This document shows, one piece after another, positions 17,161 to 26,875 of a stretch of 50,759 nt of DNA (its first letter is position 1; every line of letters starts with the position of its first letter). The DNA is from Bacteroidia bacterium (GTDB lineage Bacteria > Bacteroidota > Bacteroidia > Bacteroidales > VadinHA17): the NCBI GenBank assembly GCA_026391215.1, contig JAPLDX010000121.1, forward strand, positions 1 through 50,759. The letters are read 5' to 3'. A program made the translations under genes and the position numbers. The notes under the pieces were generated by a model. That model was not told the DNA's origin. It saw nothing but the letters and a program-made list of their open reading frames with translations, and made no database searches.

Positions 17161-18217
17161 TACTATTCCTTACTAACACCAGTTGTGCCGCAATGCTTAT
17201 CGCAATTTCCTCCACCGTTACTGATCCTATCTCCAGTCCTATCGGAGTGAATATCCTGCTCCACTGCTCTTCGGTTGCCCAATTATTCCTGACAAAATTA
17301 TTGTGCAATTTGGCTGTTTTTGCCCGGCTTCCGATCATTCCAATATATCTTGCATCAGATCCGAGGCATGGCTTTAAAGCCTCTGCATCATTACTATGAC
17401 CCCGGGTTACGATTACAATATATGTATTTGAGTTCTTTTCAATTTCCTGCATCGCCTCACCAATGTCCCTGACTATTATATGATCTGCATCAGGAAGATT
17501 ATCTTTATTGGCAAATTCATTACGGTCATCAATCACGGTAACCTCAAAATCAAGCATTTTACCCAGGTGAGACACAACTTTTCCTATATGGCCGGCCCCT
17601 GCAATCACAAGGTGTTCAGGAGGCAGAAGGAGCTCAAGGAAAAAAATGGATGATGGTTCCTCACCGGGAATGGAGAGTTCCATCTTCCTGATATCTTCAC
17701 TGCCAGCAGATGACAGCATGCTCATTACCTCAGGTTCAATTTTCTCCATGAACTCAACAGGTATGGGAGGCTTTATTCTTTGTGTCATCCAGTAACGGTT
17801 GATGAGAACCTTTGTCTCCCTGATAATGGTCATCATAGTTATCAGGACACCCGGAGTATTTTCAGATATCGATTTACTGATGGCTTTAAATACAGAAATA
17901 TGGTTGTCCGGATTTGCATCAACGAGAACAGATGTCTTCCCGCCGCATATTGCGTCCTCCTTGTGTGAGGTATCCTTGCTGAGAGAAAAATGCAGATAAC
18001 CGGATTCTTTTGTGAGGCTGCTCCTCAGTGCAAATTCCTGTACCCGGCCTTCAACAACTCCGCCACCCACAGTCCCGGATAAAAGACCTTTACCATCGAA
18101 AAGCGCCGAGCTCCCCGGTTTTTGAGGAGTCGATCCCTGGCTTTCCATAACAGTGGCGATTACCAGTCCCGGATGAGACGGCTGAGTTTCCAAAAACTTC
18201 AGGTAGATATTTTTCAT
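17153..18217 (-). CDS. xdhC: XdhC/CoxI family Moco maturation chaperone
   Basis: GSTPQKPGS, GTVGGG, ICGG, GAGHIG, TRGH, YIGMIGS and PIGL…EEIAISIAAQL. Start at MKNIY (18217). Confidence 0.9.
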   Translation of the reverse strand: MKNIYLKFLETQPSHPGLVIATVMESQGSTPQKPGSSALFDGKGLLSGTVGGGVVEGRVQEFALRSSLTKESGYLHFSLSKDTSHKEDAICGGKTSVLVDANPDNHISVFKAISKSISENTPGVLITMMTIIRETKVLINRYWMTQRIKPPIPVEFMEKIEPEVMSMLSSAGSEDIRKMELSIPGEEPSSIFFLELLLPPEHLVIAGAGHIGKVVSHLGKMLDFEVTVIDDRNEFANKDNLPDADHIIVRDIGEAMQEIEKNSNTYIVIVTRGHSNDAEALKPCLGSDARYIGMIGSRAKTAKLHNNFVRNNWATEEQWSRIFTPIGLEIGSVTVEEIAISIAAQLVLVRNSNV

Positions 18218-18369
18218 AATTAAAAAATGCCGGTATATAATGCTACTGAACAGACCTAAAGAGAAGTGCTTCGCCGGTAAAGGGCGTATCAACAAATATA
18301 TTAAAATTGAAGATTTAATCATAATTTTACATATTTACCATGCATATCCTTTAAGAAAATTTAACTACC

Positions 18370-19953
18370 ATGAAAAACTGCCATATAAAAAGATTTGTCC
18401 TTCTATTGACATGTGCTGTCATTGTTGTCACATGTAAATCGCCTGTCAGGATTGACGAAACAAACAGCTGGCTGGAAGAGATGACTATTTCGGACCTTCA
18501 GCAAGGCTATAAATCAGGCAAATACACAATAAAAGAGGTGACTATGGCTTATCTTGACCGGATCTCCGCTATAGATAAAAACGGACCCTGCCTTAATTCA
18601 ATCATAATTATTAATCCTGATGCGATCCGGATTGCTGAAGAACTTGACAGGGAGATGGCAGCAGGAAAAATCAGGGGACCTATGCATGGCATTCCTGTAA
18701 TTCTTAAGGATAATATCGATACAAAGGACAACATGCCGACTACTGCCGGTTCGAATGCGTTAAGGAGCTCATTTGTAAAAGATGACAGCTTCATAGCAAA
18801 GAAACTGAGAGATGCCGGGGCGGTGATCATAGCAAAATCAAACCTGAGTGAATGGGCAAACTTCCGTTCCATGGTTTCTTCAAGCGGATGGAGCGCTGTC
18901 GGAGGACAGACAAAAAATCCTTATGTCCTTGACCGTAATCCATGCGGCTCCAGCTCGGGATCAGGAGTCGCTGTCTCTGCAAATTTATGTATGGCGGCAA
19001 TTGGAACAGAAACAGACGGCTCTATTGTATGCCCGTCAAACAATAATGGTATTGTTGGAATAAAGCCGACAGTAGGACTGTTAAGCCGCTCCGGGATCGT
19101 ACCTATATCATTCACCCAGGACACTCCGGGGCCCATGTGCAGGACTGTTGAAGATGCAGCTGCCTGCCTTGGAGCAATGACCGGTGTGGATCCGCTTGAC
19201 TCTAAAACACTTGGGTCCGAAGGTAAATATCTTACAGACTATACAAAATTTCTGAAGGTCAACGGACTGAAAGAGAAAAGAATCGGGTTGGTAAAAAATT
19301 CGGGTGGTTATTCCGACATGGTTGATACCCTGATTATTCACGCAGCCAGGTTAATGATTTTACAGGGTGCTGAGGTAATTGAAGTCGAAGCTCCTGCCCG
19401 GAGGGAATACGAGGATGCAGAATTTCAGGTTCTGCTGTACGAATTCAAGGATGGATTGAATAAATACCTGGTGCAGCTCGGAGATGATGCCCGGGTGAAG
19501 AACCTTAAAGAGCTCATTGAATTTAATATAAATGACACAGCTGAGCTGAGGTATTTTGACCAGAAGATTTTCATTGATGCAGAGAAGAAGGGGGACCTCA
19601 GCACTCCTGAATACAGGAAAGCCTTCGATCAAATGATGAAGGCAACCAGAGATGAAGGCATTGATAAAATGCTGAAAGACAATGAGCTGGATGCCTTAAT
19701 AGCACCGACCGGATCACCAGCGTGGAAAACAGACCTTCTTTTAGGTGATCATTATGTTGGTGGAAATTCTTCACTTGCTGCTATTGCAGGCTACCCTGCC
19801 ATAACAGTCCCGATGGGCTTTATCGGCGAGCAGCCTGTCGGAATAACATTCATCGGGACAGCCTGGAGTGAACCATTGCTGATTGAAATTGCTTACAGCT
19901 ATGAACAGGCATCAAAACACAGAAAAGCACCAAAATATCTGGTAACAGATTGA
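18370..19953 (+). CDS. Amidase signature family protein, probably a lipoprotein
   Basis: HGIPVILKDNI (Lys), GSSSGSG and GTETDGSI (Ser-cisSer-Lys triad); signal peptide ending VVTC. Confidence 0.93.
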   Translation: MKNCHIKRFVLLLTCAVIVVTCKSPVRIDETNSWLEEMTISDLQQGYKSGKYTIKEVTMAYLDRISAIDKNGPCLNSIIIINPDAIRIAEELDREMAAGKIRGPMHGIPVILKDNIDTKDNMPTTAGSNALRSSFVKDDSFIAKKLRDAGAVIIAKSNLSEWANFRSMVSSSGWSAVGGQTKNPYVLDRNPCGSSSGSGVAVSANLCMAAIGTETDGSIVCPSNNNGIVGIKPTVGLLSRSGIVPISFTQDTPGPMCRTVEDAAACLGAMTGVDPLDSKTLGSEGKYLTDYTKFLKVNGLKEKRIGLVKNSGGYSDMVDTLIIHAARLMILQGAEVIEVEAPARREYEDAEFQVLLYEFKDGLNKYLVQLGDDARVKNLKELIEFNINDTAELRYFDQKIFIDAEKKGDLSTPEYRKAFDQMMKATRDEGIDKMLKDNELDALIAPTGSPAWKTDLLLGDHYVGGNSSLAAIAGYPAITVPMGFIGEQPVGITFIGTAWSEPLLIEIAYSYEQASKHRKAPKYLVTD

Positions 19954-19975
19954 TCCCTGAAGCTTAATGCCCTGA

Positions 19976-20164
19976 CTATTCTTCCTTTTTGGTCTTGTCT
20001 TCGGCGCTCGTCTTGTCAGGGTCATCCTCCACTTTGGAGGCCTTTTTAAATTCCTTCATTCCCTGCCCGATGCCCTTCATCAGCTCGGGTATTTTGCGCG
20101 CTCCGAAAAGCAGTATCACAACCAGAAGTATGAGGATGATCTCAGTAGCTCCAAAATTTCCCAT
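19976..20164 (-). CDS. tatA: Twin-arginine translocase TatA/TatE subunit
   Basis: TM helix followed by [25 protein letters not shown]; TATTTTTG -7 motif on the minus strand at 20239-20246. Confidence 0.95.
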   Translation of the reverse strand: MGNFGATEIILILLVVILLFGARKIPELMKGIGQGMKEFKKASKVEDDPDKTSAEDKTKKEE

Positions 20165-20294
20165 CTTTTCAAAATTTAAATATCCTATAAAGTTAGTTAT
20201 CCCTGATGTTAAAAACAAATCATGCTGGTTTGCCAGCGCAAAAATATGATGGGTGTTTGTTTTTTTTTAAATTGCGCTGAATTTACTCTCACTG

Positions 20295-22469
20295 ATGCGC
20301 AGGTTAATAATATTCTTTTTTACGATCACAATATCCGGAAGCATTTTTATTCATGGTCAGTCAAGGGGAATAAACCGTGATAAATACCGTATTAACATCA
20401 GCCAGACCACTGATAATATAACTATTGACGGATTGCTGGATGAAGAAGTCTGGGCTACTGCAGAAAAAGTTGATCGCCTCCGAAGGGTACTGCCTACTGA
20501 CACCGGATATGCAATTGCCCAGACAGAGGTAAAACTGACATATACACCGTCAACACTATATATGGGTATTGTCTGTCTTGATCCTACATCAGGGAAAAGG
20601 CCTGTGGAATCTCTGCGCCGCGATTTCAACTTCATGAAGAACGATAATTTCATTGTATTTATCGATACATATAATGATCAGACAAATGGTTTCGCCTTCG
20701 GTATTTCACCTGCAGGAGCACAATGGGATGGTGTTCAGGCAGACGGAGGGACTGTTAACCTCAACTGGGATATAAAATGGCTATCGGCAGTAAAGAGCTA
20801 TGATGACCGGTGGGTGGCGGAATTTGCAATACCATTCCGAAGCATGCGCTACCATGGCGGTGCCCCTGAGTGGGGAATAAACTTTAGCCGGCAGGACCTC
20901 AAGACAAACGAAAAATCAAGCTGGGCGCCGATGCCCCGGCAGTTTGCGACTGCAACTCTTGCCTATACCGGGTCGCTCGTATGGGACAAACCATTGCCAT
21001 CTTCAGGAATGAGATTCTCTCTTATACCCTATTTATCACTTAAAGCTACCCAGGATAATCTTAATAATGAAGATATTAAACCCAAACCTTCGGCAGGGAT
21101 CGACGCAAAGGTTATGCTTGCAACTTCACTCAACCTGGACCTTACTTTTAACCCAGACTACTCACAGGTTGAAGTTGACAGGCAACAGACCAATCTTGAC
21201 CGGTTTGAGCTCTTCTTCCCTGAAAAAAGACAGTTCTATCTCGAAAACAGCGACCTGTTTGCCAGTCTCGGAAGTGAAACGGTAAGACCTTTCTTTTCAA
21301 GAAGGATAGGACTGGATAACCCTGTGATGGCGGGAGCCCGGCTGAGCGGGAAGCTGGGTAACAACTGGAGAATAGGATTGATGGATATTCAGACAGTCAG
21401 GAAAGATACTATTAATGCTGCCAATTATATGGTTGCTACCATTCAGCGCCGGATCCTGGGTAATTCAAATATCTCTGCTTTTTTTATAAATAAACAGGTT
21501 ATTGATGCAGGAGATGACTCACTTCTTACAGACAATATATTCAACAGGATAGGCGGAATTGAATATAATCTTTACAGCTCCGATAACAGATGGACCGGTA
21601 AAGCATTTTATCATCAGCAGTTTCATGAAGGTGCAGGATTCGATGATGCCGTAATTGCCGCAAACATTAAATACTCATCGCAGTATATTACAGCAATTCT
21701 TAACCAGTCGATTGTGGGCGCAGGTTATCTGGCCGAAACTGGATATGTAAGAAGAACAGGCTATTACGAGATCAATCCCACATTTCAGTACAAGTTCTTC
21801 CCTCATGAGAGCTCTGTTGCCAACCATGGACCCGGCTTGAAGCTTGACATGTTTTTTGATCCGGAATCATCCTTTTCGCTCACCGACAGGGAAACACAGT
21901 TTCTTTACAGCATTGAATGGATGAACAGGAATTCATTGTCGGTGGATGTCAAGGAAACTTTCATAAGGCTCCGTGCTCCATTTGATCCAACCAATACCGG
22001 CGGTCCGAAGCTTTTATTAAATAAAAAATTCTACTGGAATGAGGTTGGGACAACATTTATGTCAGATAACCGTAAGCTTTTCAATGTGATCTTAACCGGC
22101 AGGTACGGTGGTTACTATAACGGCACAAGGCTGACCCTGAACGGGGAGCTGAATTACCGTGTTCAGCCTTATGGCAGCCTGGCTCTGGTTACAACATATA
22201 ATAATATATCACTTCCTGAGCCATATAATAGCGCAAGACTGCTTCTCATAGGCCCGAAACTCGACTTTACCTTTACTGACAAGCTCTTCTTTACAAGCTT
22301 CATACAGTATAATAACCAGATTGATAATCTTAACATCAATCTCCGGTTCCAGTGGCGTTTCGCTCCTGTTTCAGATCTGTTCATCGTCTATACCGAAAAC
22401 TCATTCCCTGCTGATTACAGGATCAAAAACCGCGGGTTAGTGATCAAACTCTCCTACTGGTTCAATTAA
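20295..22469 (+). CDS. CBM9-like domain plus DUF5916 outer-membrane beta-barrel protein
   Basis: ITIDGLLDE, WVAEFAIPF and NPDYSQVEVD…FFPEKRQFYLEN; aromatic C-terminus SYWFN. Confidence 0.85.
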   Translation: MRRLIIFFFTITISGSIFIHGQSRGINRDKYRINISQTTDNITIDGLLDEEVWATAEKVDRLRRVLPTDTGYAIAQTEVKLTYTPSTLYMGIVCLDPTSGKRPVESLRRDFNFMKNDNFIVFIDTYNDQTNGFAFGISPAGAQWDGVQADGGTVNLNWDIKWLSAVKSYDDRWVAEFAIPFRSMRYHGGAPEWGINFSRQDLKTNEKSSWAPMPRQFATATLAYTGSLVWDKPLPSSGMRFSLIPYLSLKATQDNLNNEDIKPKPSAGIDAKVMLATSLNLDLTFNPDYSQVEVDRQQTNLDRFELFFPEKRQFYLENSDLFASLGSETVRPFFSRRIGLDNPVMAGARLSGKLGNNWRIGLMDIQTVRKDTINAANYMVATIQRRILGNSNISAFFINKQVIDAGDDSLLTDNIFNRIGGIEYNLYSSDNRWTGKAFYHQQFHEGAGFDDAVIAANIKYSSQYITAILNQSIVGAGYLAETGYVRRTGYYEINPTFQYKFFPHESSVANHGPGLKLDMFFDPESSFSLTDRETQFLYSIEWMNRNSLSVDVKETFIRLRAPFDPTNTGGPKLLLNKKFYWNEVGTTFMSDNRKLFNVILTGRYGGYYNGTRLTLNGELNYRVQPYGSLALVTTYNNISLPEPYNSARLLLIGPKLDFTFTDKLFFTSFIQYNNQIDNLNINLRFQWRFAPVSDLFIVYTENSFPADYRIKNRGLVIKLSYWFN

Positions 22470-22482
22470 GAATAGTCTTAGA

Positions 22483-23292
22483 ATGGAACAGCAAGACAAT
22501 CAAAAGAATATCAGCAATAGAAAGAAGCAATATATGGTCTGGTTTTTCGGAGGGGGAGAAACCAGGGATGACAGGTTCAATATCTTCACCGGAACATTCA
22601 TCAGGCTGATGAAGGAGATCATGGGAGATGATTTTGATTTCATCAGGGGCATTTATTATAATTCCAATATATTAAATGTAATCTGGACACTTAATAATTG
22701 TCAGAAGCCTCTTATTGATCCTTACAGGAACAGGTTTATCAATTCAGCTGTCGGACAAATCTTCTCAAACGGTTATCATCCTGATATACAGCTTGTTCTG
22801 GTTGCTTCAAGTTCCGGTAGCATTATCGCTGCCCAGACAGCATGTTACCTGTCTGAACTGAACCGGGAAAACCATTTCTTTAATAAGCCTATTCACCTGG
22901 GACTGGGTTCCTGTGTCATATCAAAAGAATCGGATCTGTTTAAGAAGCTGCTGGAGTATCAGAAGAGAGGGAGCATCGGCACCTTCGTCTTTGATGATCT
23001 TCATGATGAAGATGACAATGCCCGTGGTACAGGTGGCACAACCAGGGGGGAAGCTTATTCAAATGCTTTCGGACTTATGTTCCCGTTCTTCTCAAAAAAA
23101 TTCTCAGGTCCCTCCTTTCTTAATACACATCCCGAAAAGGGACATGTACACAGGAAGAGGTCAAAGACAATTCAGAAGGCGTTGGATTATATAAATGTCC
23201 TTCTTATCAAGAACAGGCTTGCCGGGGAAGAATACCTTGTGAAGGTAAAAGAAGTTGTCAGTATAGAATCACTATCTAATCCTGCCAAATAA
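22483..23292 (+). CDS. Hypothetical protein, possibly an alpha/beta-hydrolase-like fold
   Basis: 269-aa ORF directly after DUF5916, with an LVASSSGSIIAA strand-elbow-helix pattern. Confidence 0.65.
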   Translation: MEQQDNQKNISNRKKQYMVWFFGGGETRDDRFNIFTGTFIRLMKEIMGDDFDFIRGIYYNSNILNVIWTLNNCQKPLIDPYRNRFINSAVGQIFSNGYHPDIQLVLVASSSGSIIAAQTACYLSELNRENHFFNKPIHLGLGSCVISKESDLFKKLLEYQKRGSIGTFVFDDLHDEDDNARGTGGTTRGEAYSNAFGLMFPFFSKKFSGPSFLNTHPEKGHVHRKRSKTIQKALDYINVLLIKNRLAGEEYLVKVKEVVSIESLSNPAK

Positions 23293-23862
23293 TAAATTGA
23301 GACTGACCCCATAAAAAGCCCACCGGGAATTAAAATCGGCATATGCGCATACCCCAAGCCCGGCGTTTTTTCCGGAAGCCATTAATCCTATTTCAACCGG
23401 GATACCCGGTTTGAAAAAAGGTCCGCTTACCTCAGTATGGATCCCTGTGACAGGATCACTTATTGACTCATATCCTTTTACAGCTCCTATCCCTCCTGCT
23501 ATTATAAATTGCACTCCCGTTCCGAAGGATTTCCCGTATAAAAGTCCAAACTCCCAGAAATTCTGGTAATAGTCTTCACTGGCGCTCCCGAAGTTTTTAA
23601 TAATTCTCATTTTCAGGTAGAGCTCCCTGGATTGCGTCCCGTTATTTGTACTGACAGGCCTTATTCGCTTCCAGTTAGCGCTGGTATAAATGGAGACTCC
23701 GGTTACCGGTTCAGTTGAATACATCCCGAGTCCGAGGCTTATCCAGATATTATCTGTCTGGTCGGTTGTCTGACCATACATTGGAGTCAGACATGCTGAG
23801 AAAATCAATATCAGTATACTTTTAAACCAAAGGTTTTTCTCCGGTACCTTTATTGATAACAT
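23272..23862 (-). CDS. Hypothetical outer-membrane beta-barrel protein
   Basis: Signal peptide; alternating hydrophobic and Gly-rich strands; ends YGVSLNLLFGRIR. Confidence 0.65.
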   Translation of the reverse strand: MLSIKVPEKNLWFKSILILIFSACLTPMYGQTTDQTDNIWISLGLGMYSTEPVTGVSIYTSANWKRIRPVSTNNGTQSRELYLKMRIIKNFGSASEDYYQNFWEFGLLYGKSFGTGVQFIIAGGIGAVKGYESISDPVTGIHTEVSGPFFKPGIPVEIGLMASGKNAGLGVCAYADFNSRWAFYGVSLNLLFGRIR

Positions 23863-23916
23863 AATAACAAGACTAATTACAGGTAAAGTTATTAAAGTTA
23901 AAAACCTGTGTCAACT

Positions 23917-24411
23917 TTATTTTTGAAGCAGGAACCGCTTTAGCTCATTAAGCTGCCATTCTCTTTCTGCAGTGATTTTATCCAAATCACCAGGGAATGC
24001 TAATTGAATCGTCTTTATAGCATAATCAGAACAAATAATTGCGTGTTCCTTCATGTGACCGGTTCCAACAGCCTGACCAGCAGTTCTGATTGCAGCTTTA
24101 GCCACTTCTGTTTTACATTGACGCGCTACAGCATGTATTTTAAAACCTGCTTGTCTGATTTGATGAACCGTGGCATTTCCTTTCAGCCATAGTTCAGTTG
24201 TCCGAAATCCATCAGTTACAGCTTCATTTGCCGGGAATTCTTGTTCTGAAAACTTTATAACGTGTTCAGCACATCTGAGCGCCCATTTTGCAAGATCAGC
24301 CTGATCAATTGAGAGGATAAGTTTTTCTATTTCTGCCCTTAAGATGATATTATCCTTTATTTTGATCTTAATCCAGGATGCCATGTTAATTGATCTCTTA
24401 TACTCCGACAT
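23917..24411 (-). CDS. Putative immunity protein (Imm5-like)
   Basis: LAKWALRCAEHV…IRQAGFKIHAVAR…AAIRTAGQAVGTGHMKEHA…YA…EREWQ, a pattern typical of this family. Confidence 0.75.
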   Translation of the reverse strand: MSEYKRSINMASWIKIKIKDNIILRAEIEKLILSIDQADLAKWALRCAEHVIKFSEQEFPANEAVTDGFRTTELWLKGNATVHQIRQAGFKIHAVARQCKTEVAKAAIRTAGQAVGTGHMKEHAIICSDYAIKTIQLAFPGDLDKITAEREWQLNELKRFLLQK

Positions 24412-24424
24412 ATTCTATTATTTT

Positions 24425-24456
24425 AAAAGAGGCTGCACTATTTTTGCAGCCTCTTT
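24425..24456 (-). terminator. Rho-independent terminator
   Basis: AAAAGAGGCTGCA-CTATTT-TTGCAGCCTCTTT just downstream of the 24466 stop. Confidence 0.8.
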
Positions 24457-24465
24457 ATGTACTGT

Positions 24466-25308
24466 TTATTTCACAACAGTAAAGCTTGCCGGCAATACTC
24501 CATTACTAATAATTGATGCAACATAACCAGCTTCAGTTTTTGTAAACTTCCCCGTAATTTCAATTTCCCCTGAGTCAATAGAAGACATTACTTTCGGATA
24601 AGAAATTACATAATCATCCAATAAAATAGCTATTACATTACCAAGATTGCGTTTTGTTGCTTCGGACCATGATCCGACAGCAGAGTCTTTTATTTTAATC
24701 TGAATTTTGTCCTGATCATACGCAGCACTTTCAATATCATTACCGGTTAATACCGGACTTTTCCCATTATTGATCTTAAGTGCAAAAAGACATAGTTTTG
24801 TTTTATCGAAATTCTGGGTCCAGGCAAACTTGAATTTCTGTTCAGACCCCATAGTCTTTAAATACTCATTCACCTTCTCTGCTTGTGATCCTGAGGCACA
24901 TCCGATTTTTTCATCCGGCCCATCCGTTTCGCCTTTGGTCAACAGCTCAAACAAATGATTGTCCCCGTTCAACATTTCAACCAGGCTGCTATGATTATAA
25001 GTCTCATAAAACGAGATATCTCCTTTATGTACAATCAGATCTTCCGCTATCGGCAAGTCCCAGTCATCAGTTAAAACAACCTTGATCTGTTTCTTATTGT
25101 CAATAACAGTAATATCAAATTTCCCGGTGCTGAAATCTTTCAGTCTGTTGGAAATTATTTCTGCGGACTGAGAAAGTGATACAGATGAAGTATTTTTATC
25201 AGAAGCCTGGATCAGAATAGTATGTTCAGTGGCTGAGCTTTTTATAAATGATGAAGCGAGAAGTGCTATTAAAATGACCGGAATTAAAAAATAATTTATT
25301 GTTTTCAT
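24466..25308 (-). CDS. Stand-alone SecDF P1-like periplasmic domain protein
   Basis: Signal peptide; IISNRL, VLTGNDIESA, IAILLDDYVISYPKV, IEITGKFT and GVLP match the SecD P1 head; no multi-TM domain. Confidence 0.75.
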   Translation of the reverse strand: MKTINYFLIPVILIALLASSFIKSSATEHTILIQASDKNTSSVSLSQSAEIISNRLKDFSTGKFDITVIDNKKQIKVVLTDDWDLPIAEDLIVHKGDISFYETYNHSSLVEMLNGDNHLFELLTKGETDGPDEKIGCASGSQAEKVNEYLKTMGSEQKFKFAWTQNFDKTKLCLFALKINNGKSPVLTGNDIESAAYDQDKIQIKIKDSAVGSWSEATKRNLGNVIAILLDDYVISYPKVMSSIDSGEIEITGKFTKTEAGYVASIISNGVLPASFTVVK

Positions 25309-25380
25309 ATTTGTAAGTTTTAAGTTAAGAAGTATTTCCTGCTCCGTGATGGAGAGGAGTTAAAAACATGATTACAGGAT

Positions 25381-25794
25381 TTAACTTAAAACCGGAAGGT
25401 CTTTGTTTTCGCTTAAAGGAAGATGAAAACAAAACCTCAGGAGAGGTACAGGTTCTATAGAAAGCCTGGCTTCCTGAAGTGAAATGATGTTTTGAGCTAT
25501 TCTCCGGTTGTAACCGGATATTTGGTACTGTAAATCAAAAAGATTGAGACTTGTGTTGTGAAGTACACAAACAAGAGTTCTGGTAAAAATAGTAACAGGG
25601 ACAGCATCAAATATAATCGCATTCTCATTAAATGAATTGTTGCTGAATACCAACTCATATTGAGAAGAATAAGGTAATGAGTCTTTATCCTGACAGCTTG
25701 ATTTATTGGAAAAAACAAGAGCACAAATCAGGAACAGAGTCATAAAAAGAATCGTTCCGAAGCTTTGATCGGGATAATCTTTACAGTTTTCCAT
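25381..25794 (-). CDS. Hypothetical protein (leader-like ORF ending DLPVLS)
   Basis: 137 aa with an N-terminal hydrophobic segment; TATCTTTG -7 motif on the minus strand at 25799-25806. Confidence 0.55.
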   Translation of the reverse strand: MENCKDYPDQSFGTILFMTLFLICALVFSNKSSCQDKDSLPYSSQYELVFSNNSFNENAIIFDAVPVTIFTRTLVCVLHNTSLNLFDLQYQISGYNRRIAQNIISLQEARLSIEPVPLLRFCFHLPLSENKDLPVLS

Positions 25795-25951
25795 TAATCA
25801 AAGATAAATATATACAATGGAATTATCTCTGACAGTCAGGGTAAAAATATACTACGTTGATGATAATTTTGATATCCCTCTGTTTATCAATGTCTTACCT
25901 GCCTGCGGACTAATGGTTCCTGATTCGGGAATCTCTAACATGGCCGGTATA

Positions 25952-26836
25952 TTATTTCATTTTCTTAGATTCGCTTTCTGCCAGTTTCTTCTTATATTCT
26001 TCGGCGTTCCAGATTATTCCCCACTCAGAGACGTAATCCTGCAATTTTCCAAGCCCGACTTCAGCCCGTCTCTTATCAACGTTATCCGGGTCCAGCAGTG
26101 GTTGTACATAGTATTCGCCTGAAGCCCCATCGCGTGTGATCTGAGTCCCATAAATTTGTTTCTTACCTTGTCTTAAAGCTACCCTGTCCTCCAGCAATGC
26201 CAGTTTCCCGGCATTCAGATCACCTCTCTTTGCAGCATCCTTTATCAATGGAAGGTACGTCTCCTGCGTCCTGATATCTGAATGCTGAATTACCAGCCAT
26301 AAAGCTGTAATGCCCTGACTACCAATTACTTCTAGTCCGGGAAATCCAAATGTGTCTATAAATTTCTTTGCTCTTATCAGATTGACAGAATCTCTGGGAA
26401 TAATCTTTTTCCAGAGAGATCCAAATTCTTTAGAGTTAAAGCCATATTCCTTTTCAACCTCATTCAATTGTATCCGGTATATCTGGTCATCAACATATAT
26501 TGAATCCAGAATCGCAACCAGGTTCAGATCAAGATTGCCTTCAATCCTGAAATAGTTTTTCTTGGTACGTCCGATAACTTCATCCCACCTTTGGTCAGAT
26601 TGTAAAGTATTGAATTCTGAAATAATTATTAAATAATTGTAATAAATATAATTATTATCCTGTACCAGCTTAAATAACTGAACAAAGGCTGAATCAGGCT
26701 TGTTGACCTTTGCCCATGTACGCGCTGCATTTATCCTGTCACCATCCGGAACAGCACCTGGCGCAGACTGAACCTGCCCGAAAGAGTTTGATAAAATTAA
26801 AAATCCGGATATAGTTAAAATTACCTTTTTAACCAT
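25952..26836 (-). CDS. DUF6624 domain-containing secreted protein
   Basis: Signal peptide; DDQIYR, DSVN, WLVIQHSD, LALLEDR…QIYGTQ and VDKRRAEVGL. Confidence 0.85.
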   Translation of the reverse strand: MVKKVILTISGFLILSNSFGQVQSAPGAVPDGDRINAARTWAKVNKPDSAFVQLFKLVQDNNYIYYNYLIIISEFNTLQSDQRWDEVIGRTKKNYFRIEGNLDLNLVAILDSIYVDDQIYRIQLNEVEKEYGFNSKEFGSLWKKIIPRDSVNLIRAKKFIDTFGFPGLEVIGSQGITALWLVIQHSDIRTQETYLPLIKDAAKRGDLNAGKLALLEDRVALRQGKKQIYGTQITRDGASGEYYVQPLLDPDNVDKRRAEVGLGKLQDYVSEWGIIWNAEEYKKKLAESESKKMK

Positions 26837-26875
26837 ATTCTTGGTTTACTGGTTAAAATATGTACTAAAGTTACG

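Noticed and set aside
13962-18217. Selenocysteine recoding in the molybdoenzyme cluster
   Set aside because: All four ORFs are complete, with no in-frame TGA.
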